DNA of 64,000 bases, from positions 62,001 through 126,000 of the forward strand of contig JAVKOQ020000043.1 of NCBI GenBank assembly GCA_031835245.2, in the 5' to 3' direction. The number at the start of each line of letters is the position of its first letter. Position 1 is the first letter of the stretch. Position numbers and translations under genes: made by a program. Source of the DNA: Balamuthia mandrillaris (Eukaryota). Below the pieces are notes generated by a model. It was given only the letters and a program-made list of their open reading frames with translations. It was not told where the DNA came from and searched no databases. Positions 50,596 to 62,183 of the stretch are shown in pieces.

Positions 50596-52068
50596 TTGAA
50601 GTGAGGCTTTTGCCCTAGATATCATGAAATGAGTTGTTAATCAAACCTTAAGTCCTTGGTGAATGGTACCAAGAGAGAAGTCGATTCCAGCCAAGTTAGC
50701 ATCATAACTGAAATTTTTGGCCTGGTAATGAACCATTGAAAGGAAGATCTGGCTCATGATGAACGACTCGGGAGTCTCTGACACCACTGGTGTTTTGAAC
50801 AAGAAGCGCATGTCCGCTTTGGGTTGCTTGAACTTAGTTTCATGTTTGTGCCACGCCGTTATCATTTCAGAGTTGTAAAGCTGGAACGGATAGCCGTTCT
50901 GTTGTTATTCACCCATGAATAAAAATGTTTAATGAGTAATAGACCAACGAAATAAAACAATAAAAGTGACTAAACGAAAGACTAAACCAAAAGCAAAAGA
51001 ATGGTGCACTTGAAGTTGGAAAGGGTACCGATTTCTGAGATAACATGGAAAGATTTTCAGGGATGAAGGGATTGGGTTGTGGAAGAAACAGGCTCTTGTC
51101 AGGTGTCCCAGGCTCTACCCATTCTTGAAGGGTCGACGCAGGGATGGGGGTCACTTTATAGGCAGTACCGTACCATTTTTCTTCCTGGTCCGTTTTGCCT
51201 TCAAACTTTTTGCTGGTGATATGTAACCTTTTTTTTTTTTTGATACAAACTGAGAAGATAAGCATGACGAAAAGGAACAACAAACACTTTACCTCATGTT
51301 GTGAGGTTTAAGAAGCAGAAGCAATTCGTGAATGATAGTGCTGTTGAAGTGTTGCGGAACTCCTGCTTTCAAACAATCCTCAAGTTCGAACTCCTGTTTT
51401 GTTTAATGAATGTTAGGACAGCAAAGGTGTAATAATTGGCCAAGTGTAAGCGGACCTGAAGTCGGTCCGCAAGAGAGGAAACCAAGTTGTAGGGATTTTC
51501 TTTGTTTTTGAAAGAGAACTCCATTTCGGCGAGCTGCTTCATCTGTAATGAAAGAAAAGAAACTAGTTAGTACAACAACAAAAGGACAACAGATAACAAA
51601 AAAACAAAAAAGAAACAACAAAACAAAATACCTCATCAAAGGTTGTGCTCTTTACCCCTTCCGCTTCAATGAGCTGAATGTATTGGAATATTATTTTGAC
51701 AATATCGTGAACATGTTCTGTTTGGTCAAATGACTAGTGTGAGCCAAAAGAAAAAAAAAATAGCGGAACAAACAAAGTACCTAATCCTTCTTCAGTAAGA
51801 GAAATGCTCACAGCAAAGAGAGAATAGTCCATTCCAGACTCGCCCATACCAGCGCTGAGTTGATCTGCCCAGCCTTTTTCCTTGAGAAGGGCCAAAGGAC
51901 TGCCAGCTCCCTCATAGCCCAATAGATGGGAGATATATGCTGAAGGAGCCTCTTTGTAACGAGACATAAGTGCTGGCATTGGGAAAAACATTTCCATTCG
52001 TTTCATGTTCGTTACAGGTACAATAGCTAGCTCCAACTGTATACATTTTGAGCCAATTAGTCAACAAC

Positions 52069-52105
<37 letters not shown>

Positions 52106-53272
52106 ACCTTGAGATCCTCTGGACGAAAAGGAGTACCAGTGAACTTAGGAAGAGGAGTATTGATGTTTCGCAAATCTTTGAACAAGGCGCGTACCCACAC
52201 CTCCAATTGGTCCAATGATTCTGCATTGGATACACGTTGGTTCACGACGTGCCAGGAAAGCAAATGAAGACAAACAAAACAACAAAAACCTACCTTGTCC
52301 AATGACAGCAAACCGCATCAGATTTGCGGAGTAGTATTTCTTATGGAAGGCATGCAACTCTTTGACGACGTCAATGCCCTTTTGTTTTGGCCCTTCTTTC
52401 AATGTTTGCAAAGAACCTTTTATATTTACAGTGAGCTAGTTGGTAGAAGAGAAGGAAAAAAGGGGGTAAAGCGCAAAGGACACGAGATATTTTACCTGTG
52501 CCAAAGTACGAGAATGGGTGAACAGGATTGGCGGTGCTTCTAAGTACCATGTCGAGTCTCCATTCGTCATTGAGCAAGTTCTTTTCGTGCTCCGAGTTCA
52601 CAGCGTTCATCTCCCTGTCAGTACTGTTGGGAGAGAGCAACGGTCCCAGGAAGAAAGCGCTGAACCTATCCAAGGCTTCGTGAAGATGGTCTTTGTCTAC
52701 GTTGAAAAAGTAGTTGGTATGCTCGTTGGCTGTGTAAGCATTTGAGCTCCCTCCATGGGAAGCCAAGAAAGCTCCAAAGCTTCATGTTTGAAGAAGAAGA
52801 AGAAGAACAAGAAGAACAAGAAGAACCAGAACAAGAAAAAGAGTGAGACAACAAGAAGAGACAGAGAAGAGAAGCAAAGACAAGAAGAGAACAGCCGGAG
52901 CAGTTACCCATCTTCGTCTGGATACTTTTCGGTGCCAAGAAACAGCATGTGCTCCAAGAAGTGGGCAAGGCCAGGCAGGTCAACCGGGTCGGAGAAGTGA
53001 CCCACGTGGACGTCCATGGCGGCAGCGCTGACCTCCGTTTCTGGGTCGCTGACCAGGATGGCGATCAGGCCGTTCTTCTCCAGTTGGATGATGCGGTAGC
53101 TGCGCTCATCGAGCTCTGATTTGGTGGGCATCACAGGAAAGCTGGCTCGTGTGGCGTTTGCCTCCACCACCAGGGACAACCGCAGCAAACAACAACAGCT
53201 GAAGGCAAGCAAAAACAAGAACGCTGGCCATGATGCCGTCGTTCGTTTGCTGCTACTTCTGTTAGCAACCAT
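48741..53272 (-). CDS. Insulysin/IDE-family M16A metallopeptidase with signal peptide and C-terminal TM anchor; multi-exon
   Basis: KSELDERSYR, VHVGHFSDP..LPGLAHFLEHMLFLGTEKYP (HxxEH), HGGSSNAYT, REMNAVNSEHEKNL, HPFSYFGTG, YISHLLGYEG, FDQLRTKEQLGYIV. Hydrophobic N-terminus; last exon LTAVVILLVLMFAGVWITYAVMRKR. Confidence 0.9.
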
Positions 53273-53555
53273 TCTTTTTTTTTCTTCTTGGAGGATTTAA
53301 ACAACAACAAAAAAAGGGGGGGAAAGGGAAAGGGTCAAGCTTGGTTTTTTTTTCCTTCCCTCTTCTCTCTTCTCTCTTCTCTCTGCTCTGCTTTTCTTCT
53401 TTCCTTTCACCTTTGTCTTTTTTGCTTTGACGTCTGTTGTGTACATGTTGTGCTGGTGGTGTTCAGAATATTTCGGGACGACATGAAAATTATAATGTCG
53501 ACACGAGACGTTTTTTTTGTTGTGTTTGTTTCCCGCTTTGCTTTTATCATTCTCA

Positions 53556-54722
53556 TCATTGCTCGGCAAGACTCTTCAGAGGAACGCAGGCTCGGTGGTC
53601 TTCCATCATCTTTGCCAACAGCTTGATGCACGCGTAGACGCTGTTCACATGCGGGGTGGCAACACCGGTCAACCGCCCGAGCTCCACCACGCTGCCTATC
53701 ACCGCATCGATCTCTGGCTGCCTGCCAGCCTCCACGTCCTGCAGGGTGGAGGTCTTGTGCTTGCCAACCCTCTCCGCCCCGGCGATCCGCCGCTCCAAGG
53801 GCACTCTCATGCGAGCTCCCAACCGTTGGGCTATGCTCTGGACCTCCTCCATCATCGCCACAGCTAGCTGTCTGGTCAGGGGATACTGACAGAGCTCCTC
53901 CAGGGTGGCGTGGCACAAGGCAGAGACCGGGTTGAAGCAAACACTCCCCCAGAGCTTCAACCACAGCTCAGCCCTAATGTCCTCCAGCACAGGTGCCTTG
54001 AACCCTGCCCTCTCCAAAAGGGAGGACAGGGCGCGGACGCGCTCTGAAGTGGTGCTATGGTCCAGCTCGCCCACTGGGAAGCGGTCCCCCTCCACATGGT
54101 GGATGAGGCCTGGCTGCTCCATCTCTGCTGCCGGATAGACCACACAGCCAATGACTTGTTTGGGGTTGATGGTTTGGGAGATGATGCCCGTGGGATCCAC
54201 TGCACGTATGAAGTAGTCCTGGTTCTTGTACAGGTCGTTGCTGGCGCTTGTTCCTCCTCCCTCTCCTTCTTTTTCTCCTTCTTCTGTCTTTGTAGTTTGC
54301 GGTGAAGAGGGAGGAAGGTTCTGGAAGTACCACCAAGGGATGCCGTTTTGTAGGGTGACAAGGACGCAGTGAGGGTTGCGCTGGAGGAGTTGCTGCAGCT
54401 CCTCCACTATGGGTTCCACCTGGTGAGCCTTCACGCCCAGAAAGATCACGTCGTAGCTTGCGCTTGACCCTGCCTCATCGTCGCCAAGCAAACGGTCGGT
54501 GGCGCGCACGCGGTCGGGCGAGAGGGTGGCCTTCCATTGCTGCTTCTTGTTCGGGCTCTCCAAAAGAAGGCCGCCCTGTTGGCGGATGGCCTCCAGATGG
54601 GCTCCACGAGCCACCAGGGTCACCTCGACGTCATCCAGTTGGGCCAGCTTCACCCCGAGAAGGCCGCCTATCGCTCCAGCTCCCACCACCAAAACTCTTT
54701 TCCTGCTCACCTCCTCCTCCAT
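53556..54722 (-). CDS. 2-dehydropantoate 2-reductase family (ApbA/PanE), PanE2/oxalyl-CoA-reductase-like subtype; intronless
   Basis: Rossmann VVGAGAIGG, ARGAHLEAI, LGVKAHQ, LQNGIPWWYF, VDPTG, VIGCVVYPAAE, EGDRFPVGELD, AGFKAPV..DIRAELWLKLWG..FNPVSAL, HKTSTLQDVEAGRQPEIDAVIGSV. Confidence 0.9.
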   Translation of the reverse strand: MEEEVSRKRVLVVGAGAIGGLLGVKLAQLDDVEVTLVARGAHLEAIRQQGGLLLESPNKKQQWKATLSPDRVRATDRLLGDDEAGSSASYDVIFLGVKAHQVEPIVEELQQLLQRNPHCVLVTLQNGIPWWYFQNLPPSSPQTTKTEEGEKEGEGGGTSASNDLYKNQDYFIRAVDPTGIISQTINPKQVIGCVVYPAAEMEQPGLIHHVEGDRFPVGELDHSTTSERVRALSSLLERAGFKAPVLEDIRAELWLKLWGSVCFNPVSALCHATLEELCQYPLTRQLAVAMMEEVQSIAQRLGARMRVPLERRIAGAERVGKHKTSTLQDVEAGRQPEIDAVIGSVVELGRLTGVATPHVNSVYACIKLLAKMMEDHRACVPLKSLAEQ

Positions 54723-54939
54723 TCCTCTCTCTTTTTTGTTGTGCTTGTTTCATCGAGTCTCATCTCCTGGCTCTTATCCTGTCTCCTGTCCACCCACACA
54801 GCACGCGAATAAATTTCGTTGAAAAGAGGGAGCAAAAATGACGTAAATTTCGGTACCGAAGGTTTTGCTTCTCTCATGTCCTCTCTCACGTCCATGAAAC
54901 GGTAAAACAAAAAAATAGTGAGAGAGAGAGCGAAAGAAG
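54723..54939. promoter_or_regulatory. Putative bidirectional promoter between the reductase and the oxalate-CoA ligase
   Basis: 217 bp between two divergent ATGs; contains TGACGTAA (54839-54846, CRE/bZIP-like). Function inferred from geometry only. Confidence 0.4.
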
Positions 54940-56777
54940 ATGACTTCCTCCCACCAGACGTTGTACGAGTTGCTCAAAAACTCTGCTGACAGAGATCCCT
55001 CTCACACAGCCGTGGTTCACCCTTACCCTCACGTCTCGTGGACCTACGCTGCCCTCCTGAACACCGTCCACGCCTTGGCCAACACCATCTCTCACCACCT
55101 AGGACAATTGGAGAGCGACAAGGCAGTGCACCATGTGGCGCTCGTGGCCCCCAACGGCTTTCCCTGCTTGGCCTCCTTCCTGGCCATCACCTCTGCCAGG
55201 GCTGTGGCCATGCCCTTGAACCCCGCCTTGGCCCTCAACGAGTTCCTCTTCTTCCTGGAGGACGTCTCTGCCTCCGCCCTGATCTTCCTCCAACAGGAAG
55301 ACGGAGAGGAGGAGGACTCACACGCCTCCTGCCGCGCTGCCACGCAGTTGGGCGTTCCCATTTGGAAGCTCTCCCCTTCTTCCATGGAACTTCAGGTCCC
55401 TTCTTCCTCGGCTGCGGAACCTCCAGCCGCTGGGGAGACGTCTCTCTCCCTCCCACCGCAACCGCAGGACCCGGCGATGGTGCTGCACACGAGCGGCACT
55501 ACCGGCAGGCCAAAGGCCGTCCCGTTGACGCACCTCAACCTTTGTACGTCAGCGGCCAACATCGCAGGGACCTACCATTTGGCTCCGCAGGACACCGCTC
55601 TCGTCGTAATGCCGCTTTTCCACGTTCATGGCTTGATAGGTACTTTCGAGAGAAGAAGGAGAGAGGGAGAGGGAGAGGGGGAGAGAGAGGGAGTGAGAGA
55701 GAGAGGGAGAGAGGGAGAGAGACCGAGAGATAGCGTTGTTAGCAACAAAGACTGATGAGCTGACTGATAATGGCATAAACAGGTGTGGCCTTGTCAACGC
55801 TTTCCACGGGAGGAACTCTGGTAATTCCTCCTCGCTTCTCGGCTTCGCAGTTTTGGGAGACCGCTGCCAAGCACCACGTCACTTGGTACAGTGCTGTGCC
55901 GACCATTCATCAGGTCCTGCTTCAATGCGCACAACAAAAACAACAAGAAGGCTCTGAACATCATCTTCGATTCATTCGCTCCTGCAGTAGCTCTCTCGCT
56001 CCTTCCATCCTCAAAAAGTTGGAGCAAACCTTCGAAGCTCCAGTGTTGGAAGCGTATGGCATGACGGAAGCATCCCATCAGATGGCCTCCAATCCTCTTC
56101 CAGAGGAAGGCGAGCATCGAGCAGGCACCGTTGGTAGGCCTACCAGGGGCGTGGAAGTGGCCATTCTGGATGAGGAAGGAAAGGTCCATGGGCCAGATGA
56201 TGCAGGAGTAGTTGGAGAAGTCGTTATTAGAGGCAAGAATGTTACTCTTGGGTATTGCTTCTTCCTTTTACTTATTGCTGTGCATTGTTGTATATTTCAA
56301 TAATTGTCCTCACATCTTTCGTTTCTCAGATATGTCAACAATCCGAGCGCCAACGCAAGCAGCTTCACCAAGGAAGGTTGGTTCCGTACGGGAGATCAAG
56401 GCCTCTTCCAAGAAGGCGGCTACCTACAGCTGACTGGCCGCCTCAAAGAACTCATCAATCGCGGGGGCGAGAAGATCTCTCCCGTCGAACTGGACTCTGT
56501 GCTTCTCTCTCACCCTTCCATCTCCGTTGCGGTCGCTTTCGGCGTTCCCGATCCTAAATATGGCGAGGAGGTCAACGCAGCAGTTGTGCCAAAGAAGAGC
56601 GATGGAGAACAAGAGGAGTTGACGGAGGAGGAGGTCGTTCGACATTGCAAAACTCAGTTGGCGGAGTTCAAGGTGCCGAAACGGGTGTTTGTGGTTGAGT
56701 CGCTTCCTCAATCGGCCACCGGCAAATTGCAACGGAAGGCCATCGCCTCTCATTTCCTCTCTCTCATTCAACACTAA
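54940..56777 (+). CDS. Oxalate--CoA ligase (AAE3/Pcs60-type acyl-activating enzyme); 3 exons
   Basis: LHTSGTTGRPKAVPLTHLNL, VMPLFHVHGLIG, RFSASQFW, TWYSAVPTIHQVLL, LRFIRSCSSSLAP, APVLEAYGMTEASHQMASNPLP, GYVNNPSAN, GWFRTGDQG, GRLKELINRGGEKISP. Introns 55640-55782 and 56252-56329. Confidence 0.9.
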
Positions 56778-56866
56778 TTGCAGATGCCTCACGCTCTGCT
56801 CCTTTCTTCGCTTTTCGCTCTATTCTCTCCGCTTCCTTTCTCGTTCTCTCTCACTGTCCCTGTGCT

Positions 56867-56922
<56 letters not shown>

Positions 56923-57020
56923 CTCAGACATTGAAAAGCAAAAGATAGCGTTACATTCGTTCTCTTTTTCTCCTCATCCCAGAGGGAAAAAACAGCAACT
57001 AGTTTCACTTGGTAGTTCTT

Positions 57021-57266
57021 TTAGTTCTTTCTGAGAGGGAAGGAGTCATCCTGCTGGTGGTTGGGACCCCAGGGGAATGGCGTGTCGTGTCCAAAGGCAG
57101 AGAGGTCGATCTGCCAGGGTTGTCCTCCCCAGAGAGCCCAAGTGGTGTGGTCCTCGATCTCGCAGCCGCTGTTGGGGTGCACCAAAATATCAAACTCTCC
57201 TCTGTTTTGCATCATCCATGTCACCGCTATTTGATTTTATTTTTGTTAAGAAAGTTAGAAGGGTTT

Positions 57267-57305
<39 letters not shown>

Positions 57306-57774
57306 ATACTTCGCTTGAAGTCGGGAGGAAGAACGTAGACAGCCCATTGAGCAACCACGAAAGGACCAGCGGGCTCCATGTCAGGCTATTTTTTGTTGTT
57401 CAACAAGCGTTAGGCTCTCATCGTAGATGAAACAGAAGAGCAGAGAAGAGAACGAAAGGGGGTGGAGAGTGGTTGAGCCGGGTTACCTCAAACATGCAGA
57501 GACGGTCTTGGTGGAAGAGGTTGGTGCAGGCAGGGCCGGGGCGGAAGGCCTCGATGAACTTTTGGCGGAGCTGCAGGGCTCCGGCGGTGTGGTTCTTGTT
57601 GTTCTGCCAGAAGAGGACGTGGATGTGGTAGCTCTGAAAGTCCACGCCCTGGTCGCAGGAGGCATTGTGCGGGGGGAGGTAGTAGGTCGGGTGAGCCTCC
57701 GCCTCGAGGATGACTCCTCCAAAACAGAGGACAAAGGCAGCAATGGTAAGCGCAAAGATGGTGGTGGAAGCCAT
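57021..57774 (-). CDS. DOPA 4,5-dioxygenase family protein with a signal peptide; 3 exons
   Basis: SYHIHVLFW, (exon 2) EPAGPFVVAQWAVY, and WMMQNRGEFDILVHPNSGCEIEDHTTWALWGGQPWQIDLSAF. N-terminus MASTTIFALTIAAFVLCFGGVILEAEA. Confidence 0.8.
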
Positions 57775-58119
57775 TTTTTTTTTTTTTTTGTGGATGGTCC
57801 GGGTTTGTATAAAACAAAAACAAAAACAAGAAGAGGTTATGTTGAATAAGGTTTTAGATGAACAGAAAGAAAGGACTTTAAAAGCACCTCGTCCCCCAGC
57901 AGTGGAGAGAATGTTCGTCACCCTTCTCGCCCGTTGGGGGCATATATTGTTTGATAACCACCAATCAGAAGGCGTGATCTGCTGGTGACATCAGCTAATC
58001 TCACGAAGAAGCAAAAGAAAAATATTTGGCGCACACACGCCATCCAACGAAGCGCGCCAAGTTTTGCTGTTTATGGTACTGAAGAAAGGAAGGAAGAAAG
58101 AACGTTCGTTTGCTTCTTC

Positions 58120-58217
<98 letters not shown>
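58120..58217. repeat. (CTTT)n tetranucleotide microsatellite
   Basis: Perfect CTTT run downstream of TMEM256. Confidence 0.95.
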
Positions 58218-58218
<1 letters not shown>

Positions 58219-58262
58219 TTTTGCTTGATCGAGAAACACGTGTTTTGTTTTTATTTTATTTT

Positions 58263-58707
58263 TTACAATCTTTTTTTGGCTAAAGCGAGCACCAACCAGC
58301 CGGCAATGTAGCAAGAGCCACCCACGGGAGCCAGTTTGATGAAGCGGCGATCCTCGGTGAGTGCTGTGTAGCAAAGCCCTCCCGAGAACATCGTCACACC
58401 TGTTTTTTTAAACAAAAAAAGAGGTAGTGTTCATAAGCGAAGCGGTTGTTTGCTTTTTGGGATGCATGACGGAGGGGTAACCTCCAAGAAACAGGAGCCC
58501 AGCGACGTGAGAGAAAGGAGGCGCAAGGAAAGCACAGGCCACCATGGGCGCAGAGTGGATGAGCTGATATTCCACACCCAACCTCCAGTTTTTGAGCCTT
58601 GACTTGTCGCTCACGTGCTTCACCAAACCGTGGCTGCCGTAGGCACCGGCCGCCACGCCGGACGCGCCCACCAGCCCCCCAAGGACCAACCATGGACTTC
58701 TGCTCAT
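58263..58707 (-). CDS. TMEM256: TMEM256/DUF423 small membrane protein; 2 exons
   Basis: GLVGASGVAAGAYGSHGL, WRLGVEYQLIHS, AGLLFLG|GVTMFSGGLCY...LAPVGGSCYIAGWLVL; TAA at 58263-58265. Confidence 0.85.
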
Positions 58708-59029
58708 CCTCTTTTGTTTTTATTTTTTGTTTTGGTTCTTTCGGACGTGAGAGAAGACGTGAGATATTTGTCCGCAATAATATTGAAGTTCTTTCATCTA
58801 AGGCAAAATACTGTCCGAACATGGGTGGGTCGCGGTGCTCCTCCTGCAAAACTAAAGAGGCCTCTCTTAAAATGGAAGGCGAAATTTCGGATCCTTCCAG
58901 CGTCTACAAAAAATACTACGGGGGGAAAGACTCGGTGGAGGATCAAGCAGGCCGCAAGATTCCACCTTTCTTTGCGCTGCGCCGTGTTCCGGCACTTGCA
59001 TCGCGCACCGCCAAACAGCTCGAGTCGAC

Positions 59030-61583
59030 ATGAAACTTTATGACCAGAGGAAAAACCGGATGCGAAAGAGAAGCGGTCAAACTGTCGCCAAAGCGCTTCC
59101 GCAGGGTTTGTTCCAGGACCTCCCGATCCTGTTGGTCCACAAAGGCATTGGCAGAGTCCAGTATGACATCCTTCGCAACCACATCATCGAGAAAGGTTTT
59201 TGTTTTTTTTTTAAAAAAAAAGATATGATGCTCTTCTTGGCTTACTGGATTTTTTTGTTACGTTCAATGTGTGAAGGAGGCCTCTTTTTTTCCGACTGGA
59301 AGGAAGTGGATGAGGGCTGCGCCGACTTGCTTGGTAAACTCGTCGTTATCACCAAACTTGGCAATGCAGAAGAGGCTCTCAACGCGCTTGGTGTTGTTGC
59401 TCCTGTATGTACTTCTCTCTTCGTCTTTTCTCTTTGTTCTTCTCCTCGTCTTTTTTTTTCTCTTTCTTCCTTTTGTTGTCTCTTTCGTCTTTCTTTCATT
59501 GCTGTTCTGTTCTCTCACACTTTTGGTATTTTTTAAAACAAAAAAAAAAGTTGAACGTTCGAATGCAACAGCTGGAATGGTTAACGGAGAGCCTTCGCCG
59601 GGGTCATCGCTTGCCCAGCACCGACTTTAAACTTCCTTCTTCCTCTCCTTTGTTTTCTTCTGCTTTCACCTTCTCTCAACGCCTTTCTGCTGCCAGTCAC
59701 GCTTCATTCACTGCTCCTTCTTGTTCTACCTCCCCACCCTCTTCTTGTTCTTGTTCTTCTTCTTCTTCTTCTTCTTGTTCTTCTTCTTCTTCTTCTTCTT
59801 CTTCTTCTTCTTCTCCTCCTCCTCCTCCTCCTCCTCCTTCGTCATCGTCCCATATTGGAACAAAGAAGAGAAAGAGACAACTTACATTCAACAAGCAGAA
59901 CGACGAAGAAACAGAAACAGCAAGAAAGGCAACTACACAAAGCGAACACACAGCAAGAGATGGCACCGGACAAAGTAACAAGAAAACAGAAAGCAAGCTT
60001 AATGGAGTGCAAGCAATTGAAGAACAGAAGAAGCTACCCAAAAAGAGAATGAAAGCAACCACAAAGGAAGAAGATTTGAAACAGCGAGCATCATCATCCT
60101 TCTTTAAAATACAGAACGATTGGCTCACTTTTTCCGACAGTGATGATGATGATGAATACCAACAAGAAGATAACGGAGAGAAAGAAGGCAAAGAAAACGA
60201 AGAACCGAATTTGCCATCACCATCCTCTTCTTTTTCTTCTTCTAAAGAACGGGTAAACCAGAAGAAGGAAGAAGAGTGGTCTCCTGAATTTTCTGTTCAT
60301 CTGGAATATTCTTCGTTGGATTCTTCTCTCTCTCCTGTTCTATCAGAACAAGAAGATGAGGATAAAGACGCAAACGAAGAACCTGGAGAAGCAGAAGAAG
60401 ACGAAGATGCCGTTCTCCTTTCGAGCAATCCGTTTTTTTTCCAATTGCAACCAAAGTCGTTTTCTTCTCCTTCCGCTTCTTCTTGTTCTTCTTCAGTAGC
60501 TACTGCTTCATCATCTTCTTCTGATCCAGCTTCTCCTCCTTCTTCTACTCCTGCTTCCTCTTCTTCTTCGTTATCACCTTCTGCTGCCGATTACTCTCCT
60601 CCAAGAGAGGTTGTGGAGTTGTTGGACTCTGAGAGCCAGTCATTAACCTTGGATAGCTCTCAATTCTCTTGTTCAGATCAAGACGATAAGGACCCCAAAG
60701 TGTCTCCTGTTATTCCGCGAAAGGTTCATTCTTACTTTCTTGTTGTTTGTTGTTGTTGTTAGTTTTTTAAATGCGATTGCTTTCATTTAAATGAAGAAAT
60801 GGCTTCAATCCCGGAAGAAACATTTCGCCTGCCAAAGCGGTGGTGATCCCTCTTCGCAGCGACCAAACTATAACAAAAATATCACTGTACTATGTCTCTT
60901 ACGTCTTCTTCTTGATCATTTCGAATTTGCTTCATCTGACCTATTCTATTTATGTTTTGTTTTAAAAACAAAGGACGCATTGGAGGTATTACTCAACCAG
61001 AGTACAGCGGAGGGAGACAAATGGAGAACATTTGCATATCGCAAAGCCATCACCGCACTCAAAGCCCATCCAAACCAGATTACAAGCGTCGAACAAGCTA
61101 AACAATTACGCGGCATTGGACCCAAAACTCTCCAAAAGGTGTTCCGTTCCCTCTTCGTCGTTCTATTCATCGTTGCTTTATCTTCACTCTTATTCTCCTT
61201 TCTTCATGTTATCTCTCTGTATCTTCTACGTTTTCTCTTTTCTATTTATTTTCTTCTCACAAAAGTTGATGGAGTTAGATAGGCGAAATATTAGCCACTG
61301 GCCAGTTGAGGAGAGCACAAGTTACAGACGAACGTTCTCAAACATTACTTCTGTTTTCGAAGGTTTGGGGTATGTATATTTTTTGGCAACGGAGTGCGTT
61401 ATTTCCGTTCATTTCGTTGTACTTACTTTTAAAAAGGGGCGGGAGCTGCAACTGCGTCAAAATGGTATGCAAAAGGGTACCGAACATTGTCAGATCTTGC
61501 TGCAAATGCTGACACCTGCTTAAATAAGTTCGTTGAACCATCCTGCACTAGTTTGGTGCTTGTGCCCTTACATGTTTACTTCT

Positions 61584-61614
<31 letters not shown>

Positions 61615-62148
61615 TCTTCAAAAGGCAAACAAGCATTGGGCTGAAGTACTATCATGTACGGACATTCTTTTTTATTTGGTTTGTTGCTCATCCCTGATTC
61701 GTGTCTTTACAACAGGAATTCCAGCAACGCATTCCAAGGAAAGAAGTAAAGGCAATGGAAGCAGTGATCAAGCAAACCTGTAGTTCTATGTCACCTCATC
61801 TCAAGGTTTGTCTTTCAACCTCCATATTTGCTTCAACGAATATCCAAAGCTGCTTTTTTTCTCGTTGTTATTGAATTTTTAACAAATATGCTCGGAATAG
61901 GTGGTAACGTGTGGTTCCTATCGACGTGGAAGAGTAACGTGTTTACTCGCTCTGCTCTGCTCTGCTCTCTGCATCTCTCTCTCTCTCTCTCTCTCTCCTC
62001 TCTTCTGTATTCTCATTAATACGCGCTCGTAAGAATAGGCTGACTGTGGTGATATCGATTGTCTGATCACTGACTCGTCAGGTGGGCTTCTGGACGGAGT
62101 GTTGGAGGCGTTAGTGGCGGAGCTACACCGTATCGGATTCTTAACCGG

Positions 62149-62183
<35 letters not shown>

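Noticed and set aside
53556..54722. Bacterial contamination as the source of the intronless reductase (likewise ParA)
   Set aside because: Both are embedded among intron-containing genes with the same microsatellite style, and the reductase has a low-complexity insert (PPSSPQTTKTEEGEKEGEGGG) typical of this host's proteins.
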